Positions 47,256 through 57,034 of a stretch of DNA of 64,000 nt are shown in pieces. Origin of the DNA: a virus; the IMG/VR virus record IMGVR_UViG_3300032246_002821, positions 32,001-96,000 of that record. One strand, written 5' to 3'. A program made the position numbers and the translations under genes. Position 1 is the first letter of the stretch. Every line of letters starts with the position of its first letter. Below the pieces are notes generated by a model, which did no database searches, had not been told where the DNA came from, and worked only from the letters and a program-made list of their open reading frames with translations.

Positions 47256-48059
47256 ATGAAAATCACCATTTATCAACCACATCACGAACAAAATCAAAAA
47301 CTTACCCCCGAGTTCCAGGCGGTGCTTAATCCCAATATCAGCGACAGCGACTGGCATATCCAGAACTATCTGGGTATCTGTAAGATAGCAGAAACCCAGG
47401 AAATGGATTACTGGGGCACATTCAACAGCGATTGGCAAAGCCTGATTCCGGGATACACTGCACAGGACATCATAGATCACGTCAACGACAATCCAGATAA
47501 TGATGTGTACGTGTTCACTGCGTTCAGTTTCCTGGATGCCACTATTTACAATGTGTGGGAACAGGGACAGTGGTGCCACCCCGAGATCATTAAGCTGGCC
47601 AGCAGCATCTTGAACAAGATGGGTTATGATCCCGATCTGGTCAAACAGCCCATGACCTTCGCAGAAATGAGTTATGGACAGTGCATCATAGGCAACAAAA
47701 AGTTCTGGTCCGGCTGGTGCGAATTTCTCAACAAGATGAGCGAAGCTATGTATGAGCTCAGCGATTACGAAAAAGAAATCCTCAACAGCAACGCAGACAA
47801 AGCCAATACCAAAGACACCTACGTGCCTTATCTGGTGGAGCGTATGCTGGCCACCTATCTGCTGATCAATCGGGACGAGCTGACAGTGATGCCGCATCTG
47901 GACAATTACGAAAAAACACTGGGTGCAGAAATGCTGGGGCGGGTGCAAGACAAATACAATGCAGTGGCCGATGATGACCAGCAAGCACTGGGCAAATGGG
48001 TAGCTACACGCAGATTGGAAGCTGGCTGCTTCGACTGGGCCACATACTGGCGCACATGA
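47256..48059 (+). CDS. Hypothetical glycan-pathway protein
   Basis: KITIYQP, DYWG, NVWEQGQWCHP, ERML pattern; ATGA-coupled to the epimerase. Confidence 0.6.
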   Translation: MKITIYQPHHEQNQKLTPEFQAVLNPNISDSDWHIQNYLGICKIAETQEMDYWGTFNSDWQSLIPGYTAQDIIDHVNDNPDNDVYVFTAFSFLDATIYNVWEQGQWCHPEIIKLASSILNKMGYDPDLVKQPMTFAEMSYGQCIIGNKKFWSGWCEFLNKMSEAMYELSDYEKEILNSNADKANTKDTYVPYLVERMLATYLLINRDELTVMPHLDNYEKTLGAEMLGRVQDKYNAVADDDQQALGKWVATRRLEAGCFDWATYWRT

Positions 48060-48853
48060 AAATATTGATCACTGGTGCCGGCGGGTTCGTCGGCACCCAT
48101 TTAACCAAACACTACTCGCAGACAGAATGGCTGATACACAGCCCGGGCAGATCCCAATTGGATCTCACAGATGCACCGGCAGTTGCACGTTTTTTCGACA
48201 CCACCAGATATGATTGTGTCATACACACAGCACTGCACGGCCGAGATCGCGTGTACAACACAGATGCAGATCTGTATGATGTAAACCTGCAGATATGGCA
48301 GAATCTATCAGCTAACAGGCATAAGTTCGCTAAACTGATAAACATCAGCACAGGTATGGAGTATGATCCCAGCCGCAATATAGATCACGCCAGCGAAGAC
48401 GATATCAATTATGTGGAACCAGTGCTGCCCTATGCTGCTGTGAAAAATCTCATAGCCAAGCAGGTGTTGGCTCATCCCGACAGTTACAATCTCAGACTGT
48501 TCGGAGCATTACATTATTCTGAGAAAAACAGGTTTTTCGATAACCTGTTGAAACAGCAGCAATTCCATATAAAAACAGATAGGCGTTATGATTATTTCAA
48601 TCTGGATGATTTACCCACTGTGATAGACGCTGTTATGTTCGATAACTGTGTGCATCGTGACATAAACTGCGTGTATGAAAACAAATACACACTGGGCCAA
48701 TTGGCAGAGATGTTCTGCCAGATTCAAAATCTAAATTATAATAAAGTCATCATTGACGATGTACACCCGCACAGCTACACAGGTGATAGTTCTAGGCTCA
48801 GCAGTCTGAATATTCCTTTGCTGGGCCTGGAATTGGGTATGTTACGGTATTAA
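48056..48853 (+). CDS. NAD-dependent sugar epimerase/reductase (Fcl/WcaG-like SDR)
   Basis: MKILITGAGGFVG, LDLTD...V..FF, VIHTA, YAAVK (YxxxK), LRLFG. Confidence 0.82.
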   Translation: MKILITGAGGFVGTHLTKHYSQTEWLIHSPGRSQLDLTDAPAVARFFDTTRYDCVIHTALHGRDRVYNTDADLYDVNLQIWQNLSANRHKFAKLINISTGMEYDPSRNIDHASEDDINYVEPVLPYAAVKNLIAKQVLAHPDSYNLRLFGALHYSEKNRFFDNLLKQQQFHIKTDRRYDYFNLDDLPTVIDAVMFDNCVHRDINCVYENKYTLGQLAEMFCQIQNLNYNKVIIDDVHPHSYTGDSSRLSSLNIPLLGLELGMLRY

Positions 48854-49810
48854 CCGTTCGAGCATGGCTGTGTAATCTGCCCACACACTCTGTTTGCTAT
48901 AGGCTTCATACAACGGCTCCAAGGGTTTGGTGCCATTAGTGATGATTTCTCGTAGACTGCTGTTTTCAATCAAAATGCCAGGTTCCAGATTCCACATATT
49001 ACGCATCTGATGGCTGCGTGTTATGGCGATGGGACGACGGGCGGCCAGAGCATAATCAGGGCTGCTGGCGATGCCACAACCATCCAGATAATCATAAAAG
49101 TAGCAGTTGATGGTGTTGTGTGCTAGCAGATCCACTATCTGTGCGGTATCCAATAATTCGTGTGTGGCTATGATTTCGATACCAGGCTTTGTGATGATAT
49201 CACGCACTTCCTGCACACGACGATGTGCATCCACGCCGTGTGGATCTCCGTAGAATCCATAGGGAATATGCAATCTGATGATAGCCTCATCGAATTCTTC
49301 TTGCACCTGATGTGCGATCCGTGGAATGCCTTTGTGTACTGGTCCGAAACCCTGGAAACCGATGATGGGTTTGGCACCGTCCTGATACACGTGGGTGGTG
49401 GGATCTGGTAATAGCCTGTTGGTGATAAAAACGTGGTCATTGCCCACTACGCTGGGATCATCTGCCAGCAGGTATTTCCAACCCCAGTGATCTTCTGGAC
49501 GGAAATTATCTGCCAGGGCCTGATGCATATCGTGATGTATTTTCACGTGCGGAATATTGGTAAAAGGCGCACGGAGAGCTGGATCATTCATCCAGGGCGT
49601 GGTGCCGACCGCATAGTTATAGATCACCACTTTGGGTTCGAAGCTTCGGATCTTGTCGTGTACTTCGGCAATGCTGTCGGTATACAACAGATCGAATTCA
49701 TATTCCGGATGCTGTAGCAGCGTTTCTCCGATAAGCTTACCGATAATGCCGATGCCGCAGGCTGCTTTTGCGCCCAGTGTCTGTGTTACGAATAATACTT
49801 TATGTTTCAT
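48842..49810 (-). CDS. Glycosyltransferase-like (GT-B) protein
   Basis: IGFQGF...KGI..I...V.EEFD.A.IRLHIP, GIASSPDYALAARRPIAIT; paralogue of 50776-51738. Confidence 0.65.
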   Translation of the reverse strand: MKHKVLFVTQTLGAKAACGIGIIGKLIGETLLQHPEYEFDLLYTDSIAEVHDKIRSFEPKVVIYNYAVGTTPWMNDPALRAPFTNIPHVKIHHDMHQALADNFRPEDHWGWKYLLADDPSVVGNDHVFITNRLLPDPTTHVYQDGAKPIIGFQGFGPVHKGIPRIAHQVQEEFDEAIIRLHIPYGFYGDPHGVDAHRRVQEVRDIITKPGIEIIATHELLDTAQIVDLLAHNTINCYFYDYLDGCGIASSPDYALAARRPIAITRSHQMRNMWNLEPGILIENSSLREIITNGTKPLEPLYEAYSKQSVWADYTAMLERLIP

Positions 49811-50766
49811 TTGTTTACCTGTTGATTGATCCAATTATAAGTCTTAGTGAGGTCAGCCAACAAATCCTGTTTGGGTGCCCATTGTAATTTATCTTTGATC
49901 AGATCGTTGTTGCTGTTTCTGCCACGCACACCTTCCGGTCCAGGAATGTGCTTTTTGACCAGTGTTTTACCAGCTATGCCCGATACCATATCCACCAGTT
50001 GATTGATGCTGATCATCTGATCCGATCCGATGTTGACTGGTCCTGGGAAATCACTGGTTACCAGACGCATCACGCCTTCCACACAATCATCTATGTGCAG
50101 GAAGCTACGCAACTGTTCACCATCGCCCCAGATCTCGATCTCTGATCCATCGGCTGCCTCAGCTACTTTGCGGCAGATAGCAGCTGGTGCTTTTTCCTTG
50201 CCGCCCTGCCAGGTGCCATATTCACCGAAGATGTTGTGGAACCTGGCGATGCGATTTTTCATACCATATTGTTTGTTGTAGGCCAGATACATACGTTCGC
50301 TGAACAGTTTCTCCCAGCCGTATTCGCTGTCAGGATATGCAGGATATGCCGACTCTTCACGGCAATCTGGATTGGCATCCATCTGCAGATGCTCGTTGTA
50401 TACGCAGGCACTGCTGCTGAAGAACACCTGTTTACATCCCACACGATTGGCTGCTGCCAACACATTCAGGTTGATACCAGCACTGTTGTTCATGACATCT
50501 GCATCGTGTTCGCCTGTGTTGATATATCCGGCACCGCCCATATCTGCTGCCAATTGGAAGATGATGTCGGCGGGAAAATCCACTATGTTATCCACTTGTT
50601 CCTGATAATACAGATTGGCGATGTGAAAATCATCCGCTTCCGTTTCCGCGAATTCAGGAAACTTCAAGTCAGCACCACGTACCCAATAACCTTCTGCTTT
50701 CAATCTTTTAACGATATGGCTGCCGATGAATCCACCTGCGCCACAAACTATTGCTGTCTTTTGCAT
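49807..50766 (-). CDS. NAD-dependent epimerase, GDP-mannose 3,5-epimerase-like
   Basis: GAGGFIGSH, FQLAADMGG.GYI, FFSSSACVY, YGWEKL, RFHNIFG, EKAPAAICRK, GPEGVRGRNS. Confidence 0.88.
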   Translation of the reverse strand: MQKTAIVCGAGGFIGSHIVKRLKAEGYWVRGADLKFPEFAETEADDFHIANLYYQEQVDNIVDFPADIIFQLAADMGGAGYINTGEHDADVMNNSAGINLNVLAAANRVGCKQVFFSSSACVYNEHLQMDANPDCREESAYPAYPDSEYGWEKLFSERMYLAYNKQYGMKNRIARFHNIFGEYGTWQGGKEKAPAAICRKVAEAADGSEIEIWGDGEQLRSFLHIDDCVEGVMRLVTSDFPGPVNIGSDQMISINQLVDMVSGIAGKTLVKKHIPGPEGVRGRNSNNDLIKDKLQWAPKQDLLADLTKTYNWINQQVNK

Positions 50767-50775
50767 TTTACCACC

Positions 50776-51738
50776 TTATTCGAATAATATTTCTATGAGT
50801 CTTTTCTGACAGCCAGCTGGACTCCAGTTTGCGGCCATCTGCTTAACATATGTATCTCCTGCGTCTATCAGTTGTCGTAAATCGCATTGTGGATACACAG
50901 GTTGATACGCCATTATATGACGGAATGTGTCGTTGGCCAATATGGCCAGGGGACGTTGGCTAGCGATGGCCTGGTCCGTGGCTGCTGCCAATCCCGGCAT
51001 CTGCCTGGTATAGAAGAAGGCATTGATGGTATTCTGGCTACACCAGTGTATCAGGTCCTCATCGCTCATGAAATCGTGTGTTATTTTCACCTCTATTCCA
51101 GGCTTGGCTGCTGCTCTGCACTGCGCCTCTATCTGGTTTGCCAGGGCCTGGTTGCCATCTGCGTAACTGGCCTGTGGTATGTTGATGTGTACCACAGCCT
51201 GGTCGAATTCTTTGCTGGCTGCTTCCACTATCAGATGGAACCCTTTGTCTATGGTGGCATAACCGAAACTGCCTATCACAGGCACTGCCTTTTCCTGATA
51301 AGGTTGTAGTTGCACCTGTGGCAGGGGCCTGGGGAATGCCTGGAATTTCTTGTTATGATATTCCATAGTGGGGTCCATAACCAGATAGTAATCGAAATCA
51401 TCACCTGTCAGGTTCACCACTGGATTGTTGGGGCTCATTTCCAGGATGATGTTTACTTTGATACCTGGTAATTTTTTAAATCTGGTGCTGTCTACGCTTT
51501 CAAAAGCTCGCATAGTCGCGTGGTGATAATTAAAAATATAAACATCGTAATCCCCGCGAGGCAGGCCATCAACAACAATGGTACCATTATGAAGCTGGCC
51601 AATATCTAGTTGATTGATTTCCACATAGTCTATGTTCCAATTTTCATTATCTCTGATGGCATTGTAGATCATCTGTCCTGATTTATAGATGCTGCAACTC
51701 GCTGCACGGGTGTTTATATATAAAAATCTGTAGGTCAT
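50776..51738 (-). CDS. Glycosyltransferase-like (GT-B) protein
   Basis: IGSFGYA...KGF..IV, AATDQAIASQRPLAI. Confidence 0.65.
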   Translation of the reverse strand: MTYRFLYINTRAASCSIYKSGQMIYNAIRDNENWNIDYVEINQLDIGQLHNGTIVVDGLPRGDYDVYIFNYHHATMRAFESVDSTRFKKLPGIKVNIILEMSPNNPVVNLTGDDFDYYLVMDPTMEYHNKKFQAFPRPLPQVQLQPYQEKAVPVIGSFGYATIDKGFHLIVEAASKEFDQAVVHINIPQASYADGNQALANQIEAQCRAAAKPGIEVKITHDFMSDEDLIHWCSQNTINAFFYTRQMPGLAAATDQAIASQRPLAILANDTFRHIMAYQPVYPQCDLRQLIDAGDTYVKQMAANWSPAGCQKRLIEILFE

Positions 51739-52778
51739 CTTGTAATCATTTCCGCTAATACAGGTGCCAGGTTACGGTAGTCGTGTGCCTTCCTCCAATC
51801 AGCCAATCTTTGCAATTTGCTGATGGTGGCTGCATCTGGATTCTGTAATTTGTTCCAGGTGTCCACTATACCTGCTGCTATATCGAACATCTTGTCTCCC
51901 GGCAGATAAAATAGTATGTCTTCCAATTCTTCGAATATCATTTGCGGTGTAACTGCCACAGGCCTACCGCTGGCTATACCATAACGCACACTACCACTCA
52001 CTGGCTCCGTGGTGTGCTGGTAGCTGTTGACTATCAGATCACATTCGCTCAACAGGCGCAGGCTTTCCGTATCTGGCAAGAATTTGGTGTGTAATTCCAC
52101 ATATTCAGATATACCCAGGTTATCTATCAGTATACGTGCTTCTGCTATCATATCCCTGCTGATGCTGGCAGGATGTTCGGCATTGACCAGTCGCAGGCGG
52201 AAATCCATATCCTGACCACGTAACAGTGCCACCGCCGATATCAATTCCAACAGTCCTTTGTTGGGTAGGAAGAAACCGAAGTTGCCTATCAGTACGCTGC
52301 CCTGGGTCTGATCTTTGTCAGGCACTGGCAAGCATTGTATACCGTGGGGGAATACCTGTGCTGTGGTCACACCCTGTGCTTTGATTGTTTTGAGATCAGG
52401 CGTGCTTTGCACAGTGACAAATTTACACATATTCAGTTCGGTGCTTATATTAGCTACACCTGAACCCAGGCTGTGGATCATAACAATGACCTGGGTGTTT
52501 TTAGCTGTCATGCTGCGTATCAGATTGGCCAGATGACCGTTGTTGAACAGGCCATAATGATATTGCACCACTAGCACATCAAAGTCCATCTGGCTGATGA
52601 CATCAAAACCGCCAGCCACATTCCAACATCTGATGACATTGGCAGGATCAGGCGCAAGCAAATCTGAAGTGTGAGCAGCTAAAACTGTCACAGGCATACC
52701 CAGATGTTCCAACAAATGATCTGTATATGTGGCAATACCGCACCTGGTATTGTAGGTGCTTATCCAACCTATCCTCAT
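51735..52778 (-). CDS. Glycosyltransferase, GT4-like
   Basis: MRIGWISTYNTRCGIATY, FGFFLPNKG, SGSVRYGIASGRPV. Confidence 0.8.
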   Translation of the reverse strand: MRIGWISTYNTRCGIATYTDHLLEHLGMPVTVLAAHTSDLLAPDPANVIRCWNVAGGFDVISQMDFDVLVVQYHYGLFNNGHLANLIRSMTAKNTQVIVMIHSLGSGVANISTELNMCKFVTVQSTPDLKTIKAQGVTTAQVFPHGIQCLPVPDKDQTQGSVLIGNFGFFLPNKGLLELISAVALLRGQDMDFRLRLVNAEHPASISRDMIAEARILIDNLGISEYVELHTKFLPDTESLRLLSECDLIVNSYQHTTEPVSGSVRYGIASGRPVAVTPQMIFEELEDILFYLPGDKMFDIAAGIVDTWNKLQNPDAATISKLQRLADWRKAHDYRNLAPVLAEMITR

Positions 52779-53683
52779 AGAATCCTGAATCCCGGCTTTG
52801 TATGTGTAGTGTCTGCACAGTCTGAGAAAATCACCACCGCTTTGTTATCGTCCGTGGTGTTACTGAAATTGAATTCACTAACAAAGTTGAGCCCATAGGG
52901 CAAAACATCTTCGGGCTTATGACTGAAACAAATGAATTTTTTATTACTGTTTAGATTTTTATGTGTGGTACTATAGGTAAAAGGTCCTGAGTTTTTACCC
53001 ACGATGATGTCGCAACTGTGGCTCAACACACCTATCTCACATATATCACAACCCATGTTGAAAATGTCATCTGTGAAGTATATGTTTGCAAAGTCCGTCA
53101 CAAAACGTTCGGTTACCACAAAGTTATCCTGTGGATATTTTTGTGCCAACGTGATGATGATGTCTGCCATATTACCCATACTACTCTGTGTGCTCTGTAC
53201 TTGACCGTTGCAGAACAAAAATGTCCTGCCTGTCTTGTCTGCAAAAAACTTGCTGACGCTCGTGCTATCTATTTTGCTGAGATCATAATCAGGCACATAA
53301 TGCCACACATCAGACAGACGCAGATCCAGATTATAGTGTGCTGACAAATGATTGTACAACTCACTGTAGATTTTACGATGGTCTATATAACTGGGATGAG
53401 TATTGGGCCACAGTCCCTGGTAAGCACCTACCCAGGTATTGATGAACAAAGTGTTGCCCGTGTGTGCTAACCTCTGGTGCATGGGTATCTGAGCCAGCAT
53501 ACGCTGGCAAGTTTCTGCATCAGGGGAAGGTGCCAGATCCTGTGTGGACCTGGCATTTTTGCTGTGTATATATTGATAATTTAACCCAGGCAACTGGCTC
53601 TGGATGTCAGTGACTAAACCTCTAGTGCTGAACAGATCACCGTAGTGCCAATGGTTAAAAAATACAATATCAGTGATTTGCAT
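52775..53683 (-). CDS. Hypothetical glycan-pathway protein
   Basis: VFFNHWHYGDLF and IVGKNSGPF motifs, embedded in the sugar operon. Confidence 0.6.
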   Translation of the reverse strand: MQITDIVFFNHWHYGDLFSTRGLVTDIQSQLPGLNYQYIHSKNARSTQDLAPSPDAETCQRMLAQIPMHQRLAHTGNTLFINTWVGAYQGLWPNTHPSYIDHRKIYSELYNHLSAHYNLDLRLSDVWHYVPDYDLSKIDSTSVSKFFADKTGRTFLFCNGQVQSTQSSMGNMADIIITLAQKYPQDNFVVTERFVTDFANIYFTDDIFNMGCDICEIGVLSHSCDIIVGKNSGPFTYSTTHKNLNSNKKFICFSHKPEDVLPYGLNFVSEFNFSNTTDDNKAVVIFSDCADTTHTKPGFRIL

Positions 53684-53684
53684 A

Positions 53685-54908
53685 TCAGCCGATTACTTGG
53701 AATTTAGGGCAAGGCACCACCAGTTTACCGCCGCCAGCAATGAAGTCCTGCTCGCGCTTGACAAACTCGTCGATGAAGTGCCAAGGCAATACCAGCAGAT
53801 AGTCTGGCTTTGCTGCTCGCATTTCTTCTTCACTGACGATAGGGATCTGCGTACCCACTGTTTGCAATCCGAACTTATATGGGCTGCGTTCTGCAATGGC
53901 AGTGAGCAGGTCTGGAGTGATTCCAAATAACTGCAACAGCGTGTTGCCTTTGGTACTAGCACCGTAGCCGTATACCTTCTTGCCTTCCAGTTTAGCCTGG
54001 TGCAGGAAGTCCATGACCTGATGCTTTAATTCATCGATGTTGGCACCGAACGCCTGCCACAATTCAGGATTAGCGATGTCCCAGTTGTCTTTTTCATATT
54101 CCAGTGTGCTGGCGATACGGAAGTTACACACATCGCGGATCTGTTGCGTACCGAACGTCTTTTCATCACTGTCAGCTTTCTGGAAGTACACACGGAAACT
54201 GCCGCCATTGGTGTCGTTGAGGCTGCAATCACGCAGCACAAAACCTTCCTGCTCGAATAACTTCTTGATGCTATTGAGGTCATAGTAGTACACGTGCTCG
54301 TGGCAGATGTTGTCGAATGCCAGCTGCTTGAGCATCAGTGGAGTATAGCTCATCTGCAACACGAACACACCATCGTCTGCCAGGATGCGATGTGCATCAC
54401 GGATGAATGGGCGAGGATCGTTCAGGTCATAGAACATAGCGATACAAGTGATGACCTTGGTTTTCTTATCGCCGTGGCCTGTGCGCTGATAAGCGTCCCA
54501 GCTGAAGAAGTCTTGCACGATGGTGCCGTGCTTGCTGCTCTCTGCTACATAACTGTCATCCGCAGGATCGATACCGATCTTGGTCATATAGTCAGGCGCC
54601 TGGCGCAACAGTGTGCCGTCGTTACAGGCGATATCCAGCCATACATCACCGCTGCTGGTTGTTACCCGAGTGCTGATTTCAGCGACGATATCGCCCAGTT
54701 GTTTGGTCATGCTGGTGTTGATACCGGAACGGTACCAGTATTGTCCGTACATGGTGTCCAGCGGAGCAACCCCATCCAGACGCACAGCGCCGATGGTTTC
54801 GTCCAGATACAAGTCCAGGCTCCAGGGTTTGGCTTCACGTCCTGTTAGATTGCCAGGTTTTACGAAGTCACTGACATAGTGTTCGCCCAGCTCTAGTAAT
54901 TTTTTCAT
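53685..54908 (-). CDS. NDP-sugar C-methyltransferase
   Basis: YWYRSG.N..M, LDIACNDGTLL, DNICHEHVYYY, NGGSFR, YGASTKGN, PDYLLVLPWHF. Confidence 0.88.
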   Translation of the reverse strand: MKKLLELGEHYVSDFVKPGNLTGREAKPWSLDLYLDETIGAVRLDGVAPLDTMYGQYWYRSGINTSMTKQLGDIVAEISTRVTTSSGDVWLDIACNDGTLLRQAPDYMTKIGIDPADDSYVAESSKHGTIVQDFFSWDAYQRTGHGDKKTKVITCIAMFYDLNDPRPFIRDAHRILADDGVFVLQMSYTPLMLKQLAFDNICHEHVYYYDLNSIKKLFEQEGFVLRDCSLNDTNGGSFRVYFQKADSDEKTFGTQQIRDVCNFRIASTLEYEKDNWDIANPELWQAFGANIDELKHQVMDFLHQAKLEGKKVYGYGASTKGNTLLQLFGITPDLLTAIAERSPYKFGLQTVGTQIPIVSEEEMRAAKPDYLLVLPWHFIDEFVKREQDFIAGGGKLVVPCPKFQVIG

Positions 54909-54911
54909 CGA

Positions 54912-55289
54912 TTAGTCTCCTGACATATATGATTTTGTTTCAACGATTTCACTGTTGCATTTCTGATTGATTGTCTTCTTGATCTCAGCCCTGCGAGTGT
55001 TGGCTTTGTAGGTGCTGTTGGCCAGGTCTATGAAACCCTGATCAAAGGTGCCAGTTTTCTGATATTGCCTGGCCAGATCTTCGTTATCCCAGATGATCTT
55101 GTTGACTATCAGCAGCTCTGAAATTTCAGCTGCCAAGTTTATTTCTATATCATAGAATAACTTTTCCAGTTCTGCTTTTTCCTTGGACACGTGTGCAAGT
55201 TTGACCTGATCCGTATATTCGGACTCTTTGATGTCCAGGATGGTTATCTTGTCCACCAGTTCGCCAACACTGATAGGTGCTAGGATCAT
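54912..55289 (-). CDS. Small conserved protein of sugar operons (PISVGELVDKITIL)
   Basis: Characteristic N-terminus and C-terminal N..RA.IK..IN. Confidence 0.7.
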   Translation of the reverse strand: MILAPISVGELVDKITILDIKESEYTDQVKLAHVSKEKAELEKLFYDIEINLAAEISELLIVNKIIWDNEDLARQYQKTGTFDQGFIDLANSTYKANTRRAEIKKTINQKCNSEIVETKSYMSGD

Positions 55290-56305
55290 CTGGCACTCGC
55301 AATGTCGTAATCTGACTTACACATATCGTTCACCAGGTCCTGAAGTGTGTGTTCCGGTGCCCAACCAAGCACAGTGCGAGCTTTTGTTGCATCGCCCTGG
55401 ATATTGACCACATCCACTGGACGATAAAACTCTGGATTGATACGGATGATCACCTTGCCAGTTTTAGTATCTGTGGCGATCTCATCCACGCCAGTTCCTG
55501 ACCATACCAGGTTCATACCAAAGTATTCACCAGCATACTGGCAAAATTCTCTGATGCTGGTCTGCACACCAGTAGCGATAACATAATCGTCTGCCACAGG
55601 CTGCTGTAACATCTGCCACATGGCTTTCACATAGTCTTTGGCGTGGCCCCAGTCTCTGAGACTGTCCAGGTTGCCCAGTTCCAGATGGCTCTGTTTGCCC
55701 AGTATGATATTGGCCATTGCTTTGGTGATCTTGCGTGTGACAAAAAGTTCGCCGCGGCGTGGGCTTTCGTGATTGAACAGGATGCCGTTGCAACCGAAGA
55801 TCTTGTAGCTTTCACGATAGTTGATGGTGATCCAGTAGGCATACAACTTGGCAGCACTGTAAGGGCTACCAGGATAGAAAGGAGTATCTTCTTTCTGTGG
55901 GTTGTATTTCTGGATACCGAACATTTCGCTGGTGCTGGCCTGATAGAACTTGGTATGGTCTTCCATATGCAATGCACGGATGGCATCTAGGATACGCAAT
56001 GGTCCCAGTGCATTGGTATTACCTGTGAGTTCAGGCATATCGAAGCTGACCTTGACGTGACTCTGTGCTGCCAGGTTATAGATTTCATCGGGCTTGACCT
56101 TGTCGATCAAGTTGCGGATGCTGTTGCTGTCGCCCAGGTCTCCATTATGAAACTCCACATCATTCTTGATGTCGGCGATGTTAACGTGGTCGAAGTTGGC
56201 GCTGCGACGGATCAGGCCGTGTACTTCATAACCTTTGCTCAGCAAAAGTTCTGCAAGGTAACTGCCATCTTGTCCAGCGATGCCTGTGATAAGAGCTTTT
56301 TTCAT
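55286..56305 (-). CDS. gmd: GDP-mannose 4,6-dehydratase
   Basis: ALITGIAGQDGSYL, YNLAAQSHV, QASTSEMFG, SPYSAAK, LFNHESPRRG, RDWGHAKDY. Confidence 0.97.
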   Translation of the reverse strand: MKKALITGIAGQDGSYLAELLLSKGYEVHGLIRRSANFDHVNIADIKNDVEFHNGDLGDSNSIRNLIDKVKPDEIYNLAAQSHVKVSFDMPELTGNTNALGPLRILDAIRALHMEDHTKFYQASTSEMFGIQKYNPQKEDTPFYPGSPYSAAKLYAYWITINYRESYKIFGCNGILFNHESPRRGELFVTRKITKAMANIILGKQSHLELGNLDSLRDWGHAKDYVKAMWQMLQQPVADDYVIATGVQTSIREFCQYAGEYFGMNLVWSGTGVDEIATDTKTGKVIIRINPEFYRPVDVVNIQGDATKARTVLGWAPEHTLQDLVNDMCKSDYDIASAR

Positions 56306-56354
56306 GTGTGTCCTTTGTTATTTCTATATAGTTGAAATTATATTAGCATATAAA

Positions 56355-56816
56355 TTAATTGATTTGTATATCTTCCATACCAGCCACACGCAATTTCACT
56401 ATACTGCTCATTTGCCACTGTTTGCTGTCCAGACCCTTCATAATACCCAGCCAGCGATTACGCAGTAATGCCACTTCGTTTATGATGGTTTCGAAATCAA
56501 TAACTTCCGGTTCACCGTCCACATATTTCTCTGCATCACGGCTGGTCAATGCCCGGGCATAATGCTCCAGATACTTCTGGAAATGTTTACGGCGTATCTG
56601 TCTCAGTTGGATATTGAGATAATTCAATACTGCTTCGATCTCTTGTAGCTGATTGAATCTGTGTTCGGTTATACCAGGCAATGCGCTGATGCTTTTTTCC
56701 ACGTTTCCGCTCACTCTCACATCAGCTTTGGCACGATCCAGTTCAGCCTCATAGTGTGCTATGAAGTCCGGAATATTGGCCAAATTTTGTGTAACCCTGG
56801 TGTACCAATTGCTCAT
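56355..56816 (-). CDS. uvsY: Recombination mediator UvsY-like protein
   Basis: YLEHY.RALTSRDAEKYVDGE, RN.WLGIMKGLD.KQW; in the uvsX/gp32 block. Confidence 0.8.
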   Translation of the reverse strand: MSNWYTRVTQNLANIPDFIAHYEAELDRAKADVRVSGNVEKSISALPGITEHRFNQLQEIEAVLNYLNIQLRQIRRKHFQKYLEHYARALTSRDAEKYVDGEPEVIDFETIINEVALLRNRWLGIMKGLDSKQWQMSSIVKLRVAGMEDIQIN

Positions 56817-57034
56817 TCATCAAAATCTTCTTCAGATTCCTCTAGATCCATATGTTCGCTGATGGCATTTTCCATTATCTTGTCCACTGCCATCTCTTGT
56901 AGATCGCGATCATCGATTCCCAATTCCACTAGTTCATTTATAACATGATCTGCTGCAATTTGTCTATCTTTAGCAGGAATGTATTCTTTCACAGTCTGCC
57001 AAAATTGTGTTAGCAATTCGCCACTATCACTCAT
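56813..57034 (-). CDS. Small acidic hypothetical protein
   Basis: Between uvsX and uvsY. Confidence 0.65.
   Translation of the reverse strand: MSDSGELLTQFWQTVKEYIPAKDRQIAADHVINELVELGIDDRDLQEMAVDKIMENAISEHMDLEESEEDFDE

Noticed and set aside
47235-47984. 249-aa minus-strand ORF
   Set aside because: Antisense to 47256-48059, which has a better start context and is coupled to the epimerase
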